DNA of 64,000 nucleotides from Novosphingobium sp. (GTDB taxonomy: Bacteria; Pseudomonadota; Alphaproteobacteria; Sphingomonadales; Sphingomonadaceae), in contig JACKKY010000004.1 in NCBI GenBank assembly GCA_024236175.1, positions 439,249 through 503,248 on the forward strand, in the 5' to 3' direction. The position numbers and the translations under genes were made by a program. Under the pieces are notes generated by a model. That model was given only the letters and a program-made list of their open reading frames with translations, had not been told where the DNA came from and did no database searches. Position 1 is the stretch's first letter; each line of letters begins with the position of its first letter. Of the stretch, positions 54,634-63,036 are shown piece by piece.

Positions 54634-55581
54634 ATGTCGGCAAATAGCAAACGCTTTGACCTGCCGCTGCCGTTCGGCTGGTTTGCAGTCGCGCGCTCCG
54701 ATGAACTCGCTGCGGGCGATATCCGGCCGCTGGAATACTGCGAGAGCGAGTTTGTGCTCTGGCGGGGAGAAGACGGAACCGCTCGCGCTCTGGATGCCTA
54801 CTGCCCTCATCTGGGCGCCCATCTCGGCTACGAAAGCGCCGTTGTCGGCAACGACCTGCGCTGCCCCTTCCATCACTGGCATTTCGCCGGTGACGGCACG
54901 GTCACGGACATTCCCTATGCCAAGGTGATCCCGCCCAAGCTCAAGCGCCCCTGCGACAGGGCATGGCCGGTCTACGAGGACATGGGCATGATCTTTGTGT
55001 GGTGGCATCCGCACAAGGCGGCCCCGCTATGGGAACTGACGCCCGTGACCGAGATCGCGGACGAGAAATGGGAAGCCACCGAATACAAGGAATGGATCGT
55101 CGACATCCCGATCCAGGAGTTGACCGAAAACGGGGCGGACATCGCCCATTTCGCTCCGCTGCACGGCACCAAGTCGCCGCCGGTCCCGGAATTCAAGGCG
55201 GACGGCTACACGCGATACAGCTCGGTCTCGACCAAGATGCCGACCCCGAAAGGCATCGTCGACGGCAAGATCACCGTCCGCGCGCCTGGCCCGGGCGTTT
55301 CGTTCACGCGCTTTCACGGCATCACCGAAATGCTGCTGATGCAGATGCACACGCCGATCGATTCCGGCCACACGCTGCTTCGGCACCAGTATTACATCCC
55401 TTCAGCGCTTGAGGAGAGCAAGGTCAACGTCACCAAGGCACTGGTCCGGGAAACTTCCCGCCAGATCGAGCAGGACATCGCGATCTGGAAGCACAAGAAG
55501 TACCTGAAAGAACCCACGCTGGTGAACGGCGACGGCCCGATCCTCGCCTATCGCGAGTTCTTCAGCCGCTACTATGCGTAG
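54634..55581 (+). CDS. Rieske non-heme iron oxygenase, KshA-like (oxygenase component only)
   Basis: GGGAGGAGG lies upstream of the ATG at 54634. It has the Rieske motif CPHLGAHL...CPFHHWHF, the iron motif ENGADIAHFAPLH and the C-terminal EQDIAIWKHKKY...DGPILAYREFFSRYY. Confidence 0.8.
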   Translation: MSANSKRFDLPLPFGWFAVARSDELAAGDIRPLEYCESEFVLWRGEDGTARALDAYCPHLGAHLGYESAVVGNDLRCPFHHWHFAGDGTVTDIPYAKVIPPKLKRPCDRAWPVYEDMGMIFVWWHPHKAAPLWELTPVTEIADEKWEATEYKEWIVDIPIQELTENGADIAHFAPLHGTKSPPVPEFKADGYTRYSSVSTKMPTPKGIVDGKITVRAPGPGVSFTRFHGITEMLLMQMHTPIDSGHTLLRHQYYIPSALEESKVNVTKALVRETSRQIEQDIAIWKHKKYLKEPTLVNGDGPILAYREFFSRYYA

Positions 55582-55599
55582 GCGCCCCGGACCGCAGCC

Positions 55600-56514
55600 A
55601 TGAAGTTCACCCTCGAGTTTCCCGTCAACGTCGTCGATCCCCCGGGGGAATTCCAGTCGATGCCCGCGATCCGCGAGATGGCCGAAGCGCTGGAGCAGGC
55701 GGGCATCGATGCCTGCTATGTCACCGATCACCCGGCGCCGGATTCAAACTGGCTTAAGGCTGCGTTCGGCCACGATGCGCTGGATCCCTTCGCCGGGCTT
55801 GCCTTCGTTGCCGCGGCAAGCAGCAAGCTGTTGCTCCACACCAACATCGTCGTGCTGCCATATCGCAATCCCTTCGTGACCGCGAAAGCCGCCGCGACCG
55901 TCCACGTGCTTTCGGGCGGGCGGCTGATACTCGGCGTCGGCATCGGCTACCAGAAAGTGGAATTCGAAGCGCTCGGCAGCGACTTTCATCGCCGGGGCAA
56001 GCTCACCGACGAGGCACTTGCGGCAATTCGTGCGGCCTGGACTGGAGGCGGGGTCGAGATAAGCGGATCGGGCTTCAGGGCCCAGGGCGTCGAGCCCCGC
56101 CCCGCCCCGAACCCGCCCCCACCGATCTGGATCGGTGGGGGCAGCGAAAAGGCGCTGGACCGGGCGGCGCAATGGGGCGATGGCTGGTGCCCGTTCTACG
56201 CCGCGCCGGGCATGAACAAGATCAACCAGGATGCCGGTATTCAGTCGATCGAACATCTGCGCGAGCAGATCGCCCGGCTGCAGGAGAAGCGCGCGGCGCT
56301 GGGGAAGACCGCTCCGTTCGACATCGCGCTGGGCCCGCGGATGCGCATCAAGCGGGCCGACGCAGCGAGCGCGCAACGCTTCCTTGACGAAATCGGGCCG
56401 CTGCAGGAAGCCGGCGTCAGCTGGGCGACTGTTGAAATGATCCATCCCAGCCGCGCCGAGTATATCGAACTGGTGCATTGGTTCGGCGAAGAAGTGGTCG
56501 CGAAGACGCGATAG
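55600..56514 (+). CDS. Luciferase-like monooxygenase (LLM) class flavin/deazaflavin-dependent oxidoreductase
   Basis: It has a TIM-barrel LLM pattern: DACYVTDHP, LLLHTNIVVLPYRNP, GGRLILGVGIGY and PPIWIGGGSEKALDRAAQWGDGW. Confidence 0.8.
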   Translation: MKFTLEFPVNVVDPPGEFQSMPAIREMAEALEQAGIDACYVTDHPAPDSNWLKAAFGHDALDPFAGLAFVAAASSKLLLHTNIVVLPYRNPFVTAKAAATVHVLSGGRLILGVGIGYQKVEFEALGSDFHRRGKLTDEALAAIRAAWTGGGVEISGSGFRAQGVEPRPAPNPPPPIWIGGGSEKALDRAAQWGDGWCPFYAAPGMNKINQDAGIQSIEHLREQIARLQEKRAALGKTAPFDIALGPRMRIKRADAASAQRFLDEIGPLQEAGVSWATVEMIHPSRAEYIELVHWFGEEVVAKTR

Positions 56515-56563
56515 TGGTGCGGCGTCCGCCCTTTTCATCCGGGTGGCGCAGGAGGGAGAGAGC

Positions 56564-57367
56564 ATGACCGAACGCCGAGTGGCGCTGTTGCAGAGGGCGG
56601 GGTCGTTCGCCAATCCGTGCCTGGCGCGTCGTCTCGCAAGGGCGGGGCACGATCTTGTGCTTCATGCACCGCGAGAGGGGATGGTGGAGGAACTTCTCGA
56701 TCTTGGCGCTGGTGTCGAAGTGGTCGGCGAAGATGCGGTGCCGCTGGACGGCCCGGAATCCGACACCACGCCGGAAGGCGCGCGGGCGCTCGTCGAACGC
56801 GCGCTGGCGCGATTCGGCAGGCTCGATGCGGCCGCCCTGCTCCCGCCGCGCGGGAAGGAGAGCGAAGTCGGCTCGATCCGGGGCCGGCTGTTGGACGCGC
56901 CGGTCGAGCATATCAACGCGATGGGAAACTATCTTGAAGTCACCTGCCATATCCTGCGCGCCGTGATCCCGGCGATGCAGGAACGCGGCGGGCAGATTCT
57001 CGTGTTCACCAGCGATTCCGGCGCGCGGCCGGAAGCCGGCTGGTCGCTCTACGGCGCGGCGCGGGCCGGTCAGAATTTCCTGATCCGCGCCGTCGCGCTC
57101 GAACATGCGGCTGACGGGATCTGCATCAACGCGATGGGTTCCAAGAACGCGATCTCGGCGGGTTTCCCCTACTGCCCGCCCGGGCACGCCACCGACGAGG
57201 CGGTGATACTCGGCGAATGGTCTAAGCCGCTGGTCGCCGAGACGCCGTTGGGCAGACTTGGGACAATGGAGGAACTCGCGGCTTTCGCCTGCGTGCTGCT
57301 CGACGGCAGCAACCGCTTCCAGACCGCCCAGTATTTCTCCTTTTCCGGCGGCTGGAGCGAGCTCTAG
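56564..57367 (+). CDS. SDR-fold protein with degenerate cofactor and catalytic motifs
   Basis: GGAGGGAGAG lies upstream of the ATG at 56564. The Rossmann glycine motif position reads LLQRAGSFANP, and the YxxxK position reads YGAAR. The C-terminal PLGRLGTMEELA is SDR-typical. Confidence 0.65.
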   Translation: MTERRVALLQRAGSFANPCLARRLARAGHDLVLHAPREGMVEELLDLGAGVEVVGEDAVPLDGPESDTTPEGARALVERALARFGRLDAAALLPPRGKESEVGSIRGRLLDAPVEHINAMGNYLEVTCHILRAVIPAMQERGGQILVFTSDSGARPEAGWSLYGAARAGQNFLIRAVALEHAADGICINAMGSKNAISAGFPYCPPGHATDEAVILGEWSKPLVAETPLGRLGTMEELAAFACVLLDGSNRFQTAQYFSFSGGWSEL

Positions 57368-57409
57368 GGCAGCATCAAACCGGGTTGCCGCCAGCCGGCG
57401 AACCGCTCA

Positions 57410-58981
57410 TCACCCGCCATCGGCGAACATCGCCTCCACATCCACCTTGCGGATCTTGCCCGACGGCGTGAGCGGGAAGCTTTCGACGAAAAGCCAGCGG
57501 CGCGGCACCTTGAAATGCGCGATGCGGCTCGCCGCGTGATTTTCCAGTTCCCCGGCACCGGGCGAAAACCCCTCGCGAAGCTGGACCGCCGCGCCGACCA
57601 CCTGGCCCCAGCGCTCGTCGGCTATCGGTACCACGGCAGCGCCTTGAACGGCGGGATGCTCGAGCAGGCAGTCCTCGACCTCGGCCGGATAGATGTTCTC
57701 GCCGCCGCGAATGATGACTTCGCGGGCTCTGCCGCTGATGCGCAGATAGCCGTTCTCGTCTATCGAACCGAGATCGCCGGTATGCAGGAAGCCTTCGGCA
57801 TCGATCGTCTGGGCAGTGGCTTCGGGCATCCGGTAATAGCCTTCCATGACGACGGGCCCGCGCACGCAGACCTCTCCGGTCTCGCCCACAGCCAAAGTCT
57901 CGCCGTCCTGCAGTCCGCAAATCCTGACTTCGACGTGAGGCGCCGGCCGGCCGACGGTTTCGGAAATCGCCTGCGCACTGTCGTTCGGCATCGTCGCGCT
58001 GATGAGCGGACATTCCGACTGGGCGTAGGTTACGATCACCGGCGCGGCGAATTCGCGCATCAGCCGTTCGATCAGGGGCCGCGGCACCTGCGCACCGCCC
58101 GAGCCGATCGATCGCACCGCGAAGCTGCCGGGCCGCCACTCCGGCTGCTCGGCCAGCGACAGGATCATCGTCGGCACGCCGCCGATCCGCGTCGCACCGC
58201 ATTCGCGCATCATCCGCAGGTATTCGCCGGGGTCGAAGCGATGCATCACCACATAGCAGGCGCCCGTGGTCATCGCGCCAAGAACCATGCTGATCGCGCC
58301 GCCCATGTGATTGAGCGGGATGGGATTGAGCCAGACGTCGCTTTCGTCCCCGCCGGCGAGCTGCGTGCGGAGCCAGCCGCCGTTGAGCGCGGCGCGATGC
58401 GACAGCGCGGCGCCTTTCGCCCTGCCGGTGGTGCCGGACGTGAACTGGATCAGGAACAGGTCGGTGGGCCGGACGGGAGGCGAAGGAACGGGGCTGCACT
58501 GGCTTGCGAGCTTGCGCAGGTTGGCCAGGGGATAGGTCCGTTCCTGTCCGACAATCGCCCTCGCGCGCTCCATCAGAGACACACCGCGGGTATCCCGGTC
58601 CGCCAGCAGCAGGGCCGGCGCGGTGAGGTCCAGCGCATGGCGACATTCATGGTCGGTCCATGCCGGATTCCATGAAGCGACGACCATGCCGGCTTTCGCG
58701 CAGCCATATTCCAGGAGGACCCAGTCGACCGAATTGCGCGACCAGATGCCGACGCGATCGCCGGGCGCGGCGCGCTCGAGCAGCCAGGCGGCAACCCGAT
58801 CGGCTTCATCGAGCAATTGGCGGTAGGACATCGTCTCGATGCCGCCCTCGCCCGACCAGACCAGCGCAGGACGGTCGGCAAAGCGCTCCGCCATCTGCCG
58901 CAGCGTGTCGCCGACAGTGCCATCGATGAGATCGATCGAAGTATCGGGCGGGATGTGCGCCGCACCACGCTCGTTGCTCAT
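57410..58981 (-). CDS. AMP-forming acyl-CoA synthetase/ligase (ANL superfamily)
   Basis: It has the AMP-binding motif IQFTSGTTGRAKGA, GYYRMPEAT, TGDLGSIDENGYL and PSGKIRK. GGAGG lies upstream of the ATG at 58981. Confidence 0.9.
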   Translation of the reverse strand: MSNERGAAHIPPDTSIDLIDGTVGDTLRQMAERFADRPALVWSGEGGIETMSYRQLLDEADRVAAWLLERAAPGDRVGIWSRNSVDWVLLEYGCAKAGMVVASWNPAWTDHECRHALDLTAPALLLADRDTRGVSLMERARAIVGQERTYPLANLRKLASQCSPVPSPPVRPTDLFLIQFTSGTTGRAKGAALSHRAALNGGWLRTQLAGGDESDVWLNPIPLNHMGGAISMVLGAMTTGACYVVMHRFDPGEYLRMMRECGATRIGGVPTMILSLAEQPEWRPGSFAVRSIGSGGAQVPRPLIERLMREFAAPVIVTYAQSECPLISATMPNDSAQAISETVGRPAPHVEVRICGLQDGETLAVGETGEVCVRGPVVMEGYYRMPEATAQTIDAEGFLHTGDLGSIDENGYLRISGRAREVIIRGGENIYPAEVEDCLLEHPAVQGAAVVPIADERWGQVVGAAVQLREGFSPGAGELENHAASRIAHFKVPRRWLFVESFPLTPSGKIRKVDVEAMFADGG

Positions 58982-59051
58982 CCAGCGTTCCTCCCCGGAC
59001 ACGACTGCACGCCGGCATCCTGTTGCGAATGGCGAACGGGCCTTGTCAGCG

Positions 59052-60170
59052 TCACTCGCCAGCCGGCAGATCGACCTTCGCTATGCAATGGCTCCGCACC
59101 GACCCCAGCCACAGCGCATCCTCCGTCCTGAGGCCGATCGTGGCAACGCCGAAATGCCTGGTTCCGGTACCGTCGAAAATCTCCGTGACTTCGTAGGTTA
59201 CCGGGTCGATCTCGGCCGACTTGTAGTCGAGCGCGCAAGCGGGATTGTTGGTCATCACGCAGACGGAGACCGCTTCTTCGCTCGCGGTATGGCCCGTCGC
59301 CACGAGCTTGCCGTTGAACCCGTAGCGGATGTTGTCGGGATGGAAACCGAGCCTGATTTCGTGTGCCTTGCCCAGACCGGGGTCGAGAGGCATGTGCGTC
59401 ACACTCGCGCCGGGCCAGGAATTGACATAGGCCCACTTTCCGTCGGCAGACAGTTCGATGCCGTTGTTCCCCAGCAATGCGCTGTTCGGCACCTTCTTCC
59501 AGCCAGCCCCGGGCGACCAGGTGAAGACCGCACCATATTTCATCGCTTCCCGCACCTGTTCCATATCCCCGGAAGCTTCCGGCATGCCGTTTGCGGCGAT
59601 GTCGGCGAAATTGGGAACCGCGAAGTCGCCGGCATAGGATGCCGACATGACGACGCTCCCGTCCGGCCGGGCGGCCACGGAGTTGGGCATCGATTTCCCG
59701 GGACTGATGATGCAACCGATCCAGCCGACCTGCGGCCCACCGTCGTCCATGGCGATCTCGAACACCTCGATCGATTCGCGGCCGCCGTGGTTGACCACGT
59801 AGAGGTTGTAGGTGCCGTCCGGATTGGATTTCAGGCCGAGGCCGTGAGCCGAGAACTGAACCGGATCGGCGGGCCCGGGACATGCATCGTAGGGGGCTCG
59901 CGCCTCCACCCCGTCGGCCACGTCCAGGACCAGTTTCCGCCCGGTCGCGGTCTCGCGGTGAAACAGGTAGAGGCCGCCTTTCTGGAAGAAGGCGTCGCCG
60001 ATACCCGAGCCGACGATCCATGGGCTGTCCGGCAGGGCCACCATGTCTTCCACGTTCTCGAAGCCGCAAATCAGCCTGTCCGGTTCAGCGGCGGCAACGA
60101 TCTGCGCAGTGCAAAGAGCGGCAGCGCTGGCGACCCAGCCGAGCCTCGCGGCGGTGTTCATTGGCTTCAT
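59052..60170 (-). CDS. Secreted six-bladed beta-propeller, arylesterase/paraoxonase (PON)-like
   Basis: The signal MKPMNTAARLGWVASAAALCTAQIVAAAE is preceded by GGAGGGAG. YNLYVVNHGGRESIEVFEI resembles the PON signature (VVNHPD..VEVF). Confidence 0.6.
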   Translation of the reverse strand: MKPMNTAARLGWVASAAALCTAQIVAAAEPDRLICGFENVEDMVALPDSPWIVGSGIGDAFFQKGGLYLFHRETATGRKLVLDVADGVEARAPYDACPGPADPVQFSAHGLGLKSNPDGTYNLYVVNHGGRESIEVFEIAMDDGGPQVGWIGCIISPGKSMPNSVAARPDGSVVMSASYAGDFAVPNFADIAANGMPEASGDMEQVREAMKYGAVFTWSPGAGWKKVPNSALLGNNGIELSADGKWAYVNSWPGASVTHMPLDPGLGKAHEIRLGFHPDNIRYGFNGKLVATGHTASEEAVSVCVMTNNPACALDYKSAEIDPVTYEVTEIFDGTGTRHFGVATIGLRTEDALWLGSVRSHCIAKVDLPAGE

Positions 60171-60287
60171 GACTGCTCCCTCCAGGCGATCTCTCTCGGT
60201 CCCGGCTTTATCCCGGTTCGCCTTTCCACATAGACCGCGGCTCGGTCGGCTCCAACCCTTCGCCCCCGCCAAGTCGTGCCGGGCGGC

Positions 60288-61862
60288 TCAGTGCATGGCC
60301 GCCGGAGCAGCGCCGGGCGCCAGGGGACGAAGGAAGAGGACCAGCGGCATCGTTACAAGCCCCACCAGGCAAAGCGCCAGATAGAGGTCGTTGAAGGTCA
60401 TGGTCAGCGCCTGGACGAGGATTTGCGCATCCAGCGCCCGGTAGGCTGCCGACAGCCCGTCAAGTCCCCCTCCCAGAAACGCGGCCATCTCGGCCAGCGC
60501 CTGCTGCACATCGAACCCGTTGGCGCCGATCGATTCGTTGAGCCGCCAGTGGTGGAACTCCAGTCTTTGCTCCTGGAAGCTCGCGATGGCGGCAAGCCCG
60601 ATCGACCCTCCGAGATTTCGCGAAACCGAGATCAGGCTGTTGCCTTCCGCCGCATCCTCGACGGACACCGACGAAATGACCGTCTGCTGCAGGGGAATGG
60701 CCGAAAGCGTCGTGCCGATGCCGTAAAGCAACTGGGTGGGAAGGAAGTCGGCGCCGACCCAGTCGGCGGTCAGTCCGCTGGCGAGATAGGCGGCAAAGGA
60801 TACCGAAAGGATCGCACCGGCCACGATGAGCCTCGTATCGATCCGGGCGACCATCAACGGATAGATGAATGCGGCGGGGACGGCGACGAGCCCCGAAATG
60901 AAAGCCACCTGCCCCGCCTGCAATGCATTGTAGCCGGCAAGCGCTGCAAGGAACTGCGGCGTGAGGAAAAGCGTGCTGTAAAGAAGCATGCCGACGACGC
61001 CCATCAGCGCAATGGCAGATCCCAGATTCCTGTCCCGCAAGAGCGACAGTTTGAGCACCGGACGCCGGGAGCGAATCTGGCCGATGGCGACAAGGACGAA
61101 ACCAACCACGCTCGCGATGGCAAGTTGCCAGATGAGCGCAGATTCGAACCAGTGCTTGCGGTGCCCTTCTTCGAGCAGCGTGGTGACCGAGCCCAGCCCG
61201 ATTACCATACCCGCAATCCCGAACCAGTCGGCACTGCGGAGTTCCGACGGATTCGCGGGCGATCGAGGGATGGCTATCATGATGAGCACGATCTGGAGCA
61301 TGCAGATCGGCACGTTCATGAAGAAGGCGAGATGCCAGCTGAAGTTCTCGGTCAGCCAGCCGCCAAGCAGCGGGCCGGCGATCGGACCGAGCAGCGCGGC
61401 CATCGCGGTGATCGCCAGCCCGACGGCCTGTTGCGCGGGAGGCAATCGGGTGGCGACGATCGTCAGGCTGGTGGGGATGAGGATGCCCCCGGCCATGCCC
61501 TGCCCCACCCGGCCGAAAATCATCGTGGCGAGATCCGGAGCAAAACCGCAAACCACCGAGAAGAAGGTGAAAAGGGTCGTGCTGGCAAGCAGCAGACGCC
61601 TCATCCCCAGCAGGCGTTCCAGCCAGGCCGTCAGCGGTATCGTGACGATCTCCGCGATAAGATAGGACGTGCCGACCCAGGTTCCCTCGCTCGGCGTTGC
61701 GCCTATCTCGCCCTGGATGACCGGCAGGGATGCATTGACGATCGAGACGTCCACCAGCGCCATCAGGGCACCGATCGTGCCCGCCGACACCGCAAGCCAG
61801 TCCGAGAAGCTTGCCTTCCTGGAAGTTCCGGACAGAGACGCTTCTGTGGGGACCGTGGCCAC
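60288..61862 (-). CDS. MFS transporter, DHA2 (EmrB/QacA, 14-TMS) type
   Basis: It has MALVDVSIVNASLPVIQGEIG and WVGTSYLIAEIVTIPLTAWL, the typical N-terminal EmrB motifs, and about 14 hydrophobic segments. Confidence 0.85.
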   Translation of the reverse strand: MATVPTEASLSGTSRKASFSDWLAVSAGTIGALMALVDVSIVNASLPVIQGEIGATPSEGTWVGTSYLIAEIVTIPLTAWLERLLGMRRLLLASTTLFTFFSVVCGFAPDLATMIFGRVGQGMAGGILIPTSLTIVATRLPPAQQAVGLAITAMAALLGPIAGPLLGGWLTENFSWHLAFFMNVPICMLQIVLIMIAIPRSPANPSELRSADWFGIAGMVIGLGSVTTLLEEGHRKHWFESALIWQLAIASVVGFVLVAIGQIRSRRPVLKLSLLRDRNLGSAIALMGVVGMLLYSTLFLTPQFLAALAGYNALQAGQVAFISGLVAVPAAFIYPLMVARIDTRLIVAGAILSVSFAAYLASGLTADWVGADFLPTQLLYGIGTTLSAIPLQQTVISSVSVEDAAEGNSLISVSRNLGGSIGLAAIASFQEQRLEFHHWRLNESIGANGFDVQQALAEMAAFLGGGLDGLSAAYRALDAQILVQALTMTFNDLYLALCLVGLVTMPLVLFLRPLAPGAAPAAMH

Positions 61863-61906
61863 CTACGCCGTGCTCCCGGAGTGACGCTGGCGCGCGAGGA
61901 GCACTG

Positions 61907-63010
61907 TCAGAAGCGATCCACGAGGTGTGAGTTCCGCCCGTCCGCATCGAGGCGGCGCGCCACGAGATAGCCCGCCCCCATCCAGCCGCGGCGCGTCCAC
62001 TTGCCGAACGACAGCCGTGTTCCGGGCGAGCCCGAGGCCGCGGGAAGCATCTTGATCCTTTCGAGCGCTTCCTTGACGCCGCGCGGCGTCAGGGGATGGG
62101 CGTCGGCGAAGGCCTGGACCAGAACCGTCGCCAGATCGCGATTGACGACTGGCACGCAGTATTCCGGCCGGCGGCCGAAGGCCTTCTCGAACTCGTCGAG
62201 GAAGCGCTGGCCGAGTTCGTTACCCTCGTCGTACTGGTCGAGTCCGGTCCATCCCAGGATCGCCTGCCACATGACCGGATTGACCCAGGCGTTCTGAAAC
62301 GCTGTTCCCATGAAGCGCGGCGGGTCCCAGCCGAGCGCGGCCAGCGCCGGATTGACGTGGACAACGCCGAACCCGAAACCGCAGTGGACGAGCGCGTCGG
62401 GCTTCGCATCATGGAGCCGGCTCACCGCCTCGCCCACGTCCTGCGCCGTCTGAGCGATGAATTCCTCGCGAACGATCCGGATGCCTTCCGCGCGGCAGGC
62501 CTTGCGGAAATGGCGGATGTAGCTTTCCCCGATGAGCGACTGTTCGATCATCGCGCCGACCGTCTTGTGCCCCTGTCTGGCCAGCAGGCTTGCCCAGAAC
62601 ACCGGCTCGTCCGTCATCGATCCCTGCGGCAGCGCGAAGGTCCATTCCCCAAGCCAGTCGTCGGTGCCGCACACGCTTATGGCGGGCACGTGAAAGCGCG
62701 CCTCGATCGCCTCGCGCACCGGCACTGCGTTGTCGGTAATGGCCGGGCCGAACACCGCGAGGCAGCCCTCGTCGACCAGTTCGCCATAGGCGTCGATCAC
62801 CGCCTTGACGGTGCCTTTGGGCAGGCCCTCGACTTCCTTGAAGACGATCTCGACCGGCCTGTCGATTAGCCCCGATTCCAGCGCCTGCGCGAACACGAGT
62901 TCGAACGTTCCGGTCAGGTCCTGCCGGTTTTCCTCCGGAAAGCCCGGCGGGAGCTTGAAATCGAACAGATAGCCCAGCTTGATGGGCTCGGCGCTGCTTT
63001 CGTATGACAT
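61907..63010 (-). CDS. Type I periplasmic-binding-protein fold (LivK/AmiC-like) protein without signal peptide
   Basis: The start MSYESSAEPIKLGYLFDF is preceded by GGGGGGAGAG. It has the binding-protein pattern (IKLGYL..., VFGPAITDNA, HCGFGFG). It has no hydrophobic N-terminus, and no permease or ATPase is nearby. Confidence 0.7.
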   Translation of the reverse strand: MSYESSAEPIKLGYLFDFKLPPGFPEENRQDLTGTFELVFAQALESGLIDRPVEIVFKEVEGLPKGTVKAVIDAYGELVDEGCLAVFGPAITDNAVPVREAIEARFHVPAISVCGTDDWLGEWTFALPQGSMTDEPVFWASLLARQGHKTVGAMIEQSLIGESYIRHFRKACRAEGIRIVREEFIAQTAQDVGEAVSRLHDAKPDALVHCGFGFGVVHVNPALAALGWDPPRFMGTAFQNAWVNPVMWQAILGWTGLDQYDEGNELGQRFLDEFEKAFGRRPEYCVPVVNRDLATVLVQAFADAHPLTPRGVKEALERIKMLPAASGSPGTRLSFGKWTRRGWMGAGYLVARRLDADGRNSHLVDRF

Positions 63011-63036
63011 CGACCGGCTCTCCCCCCTTGGGTCGG

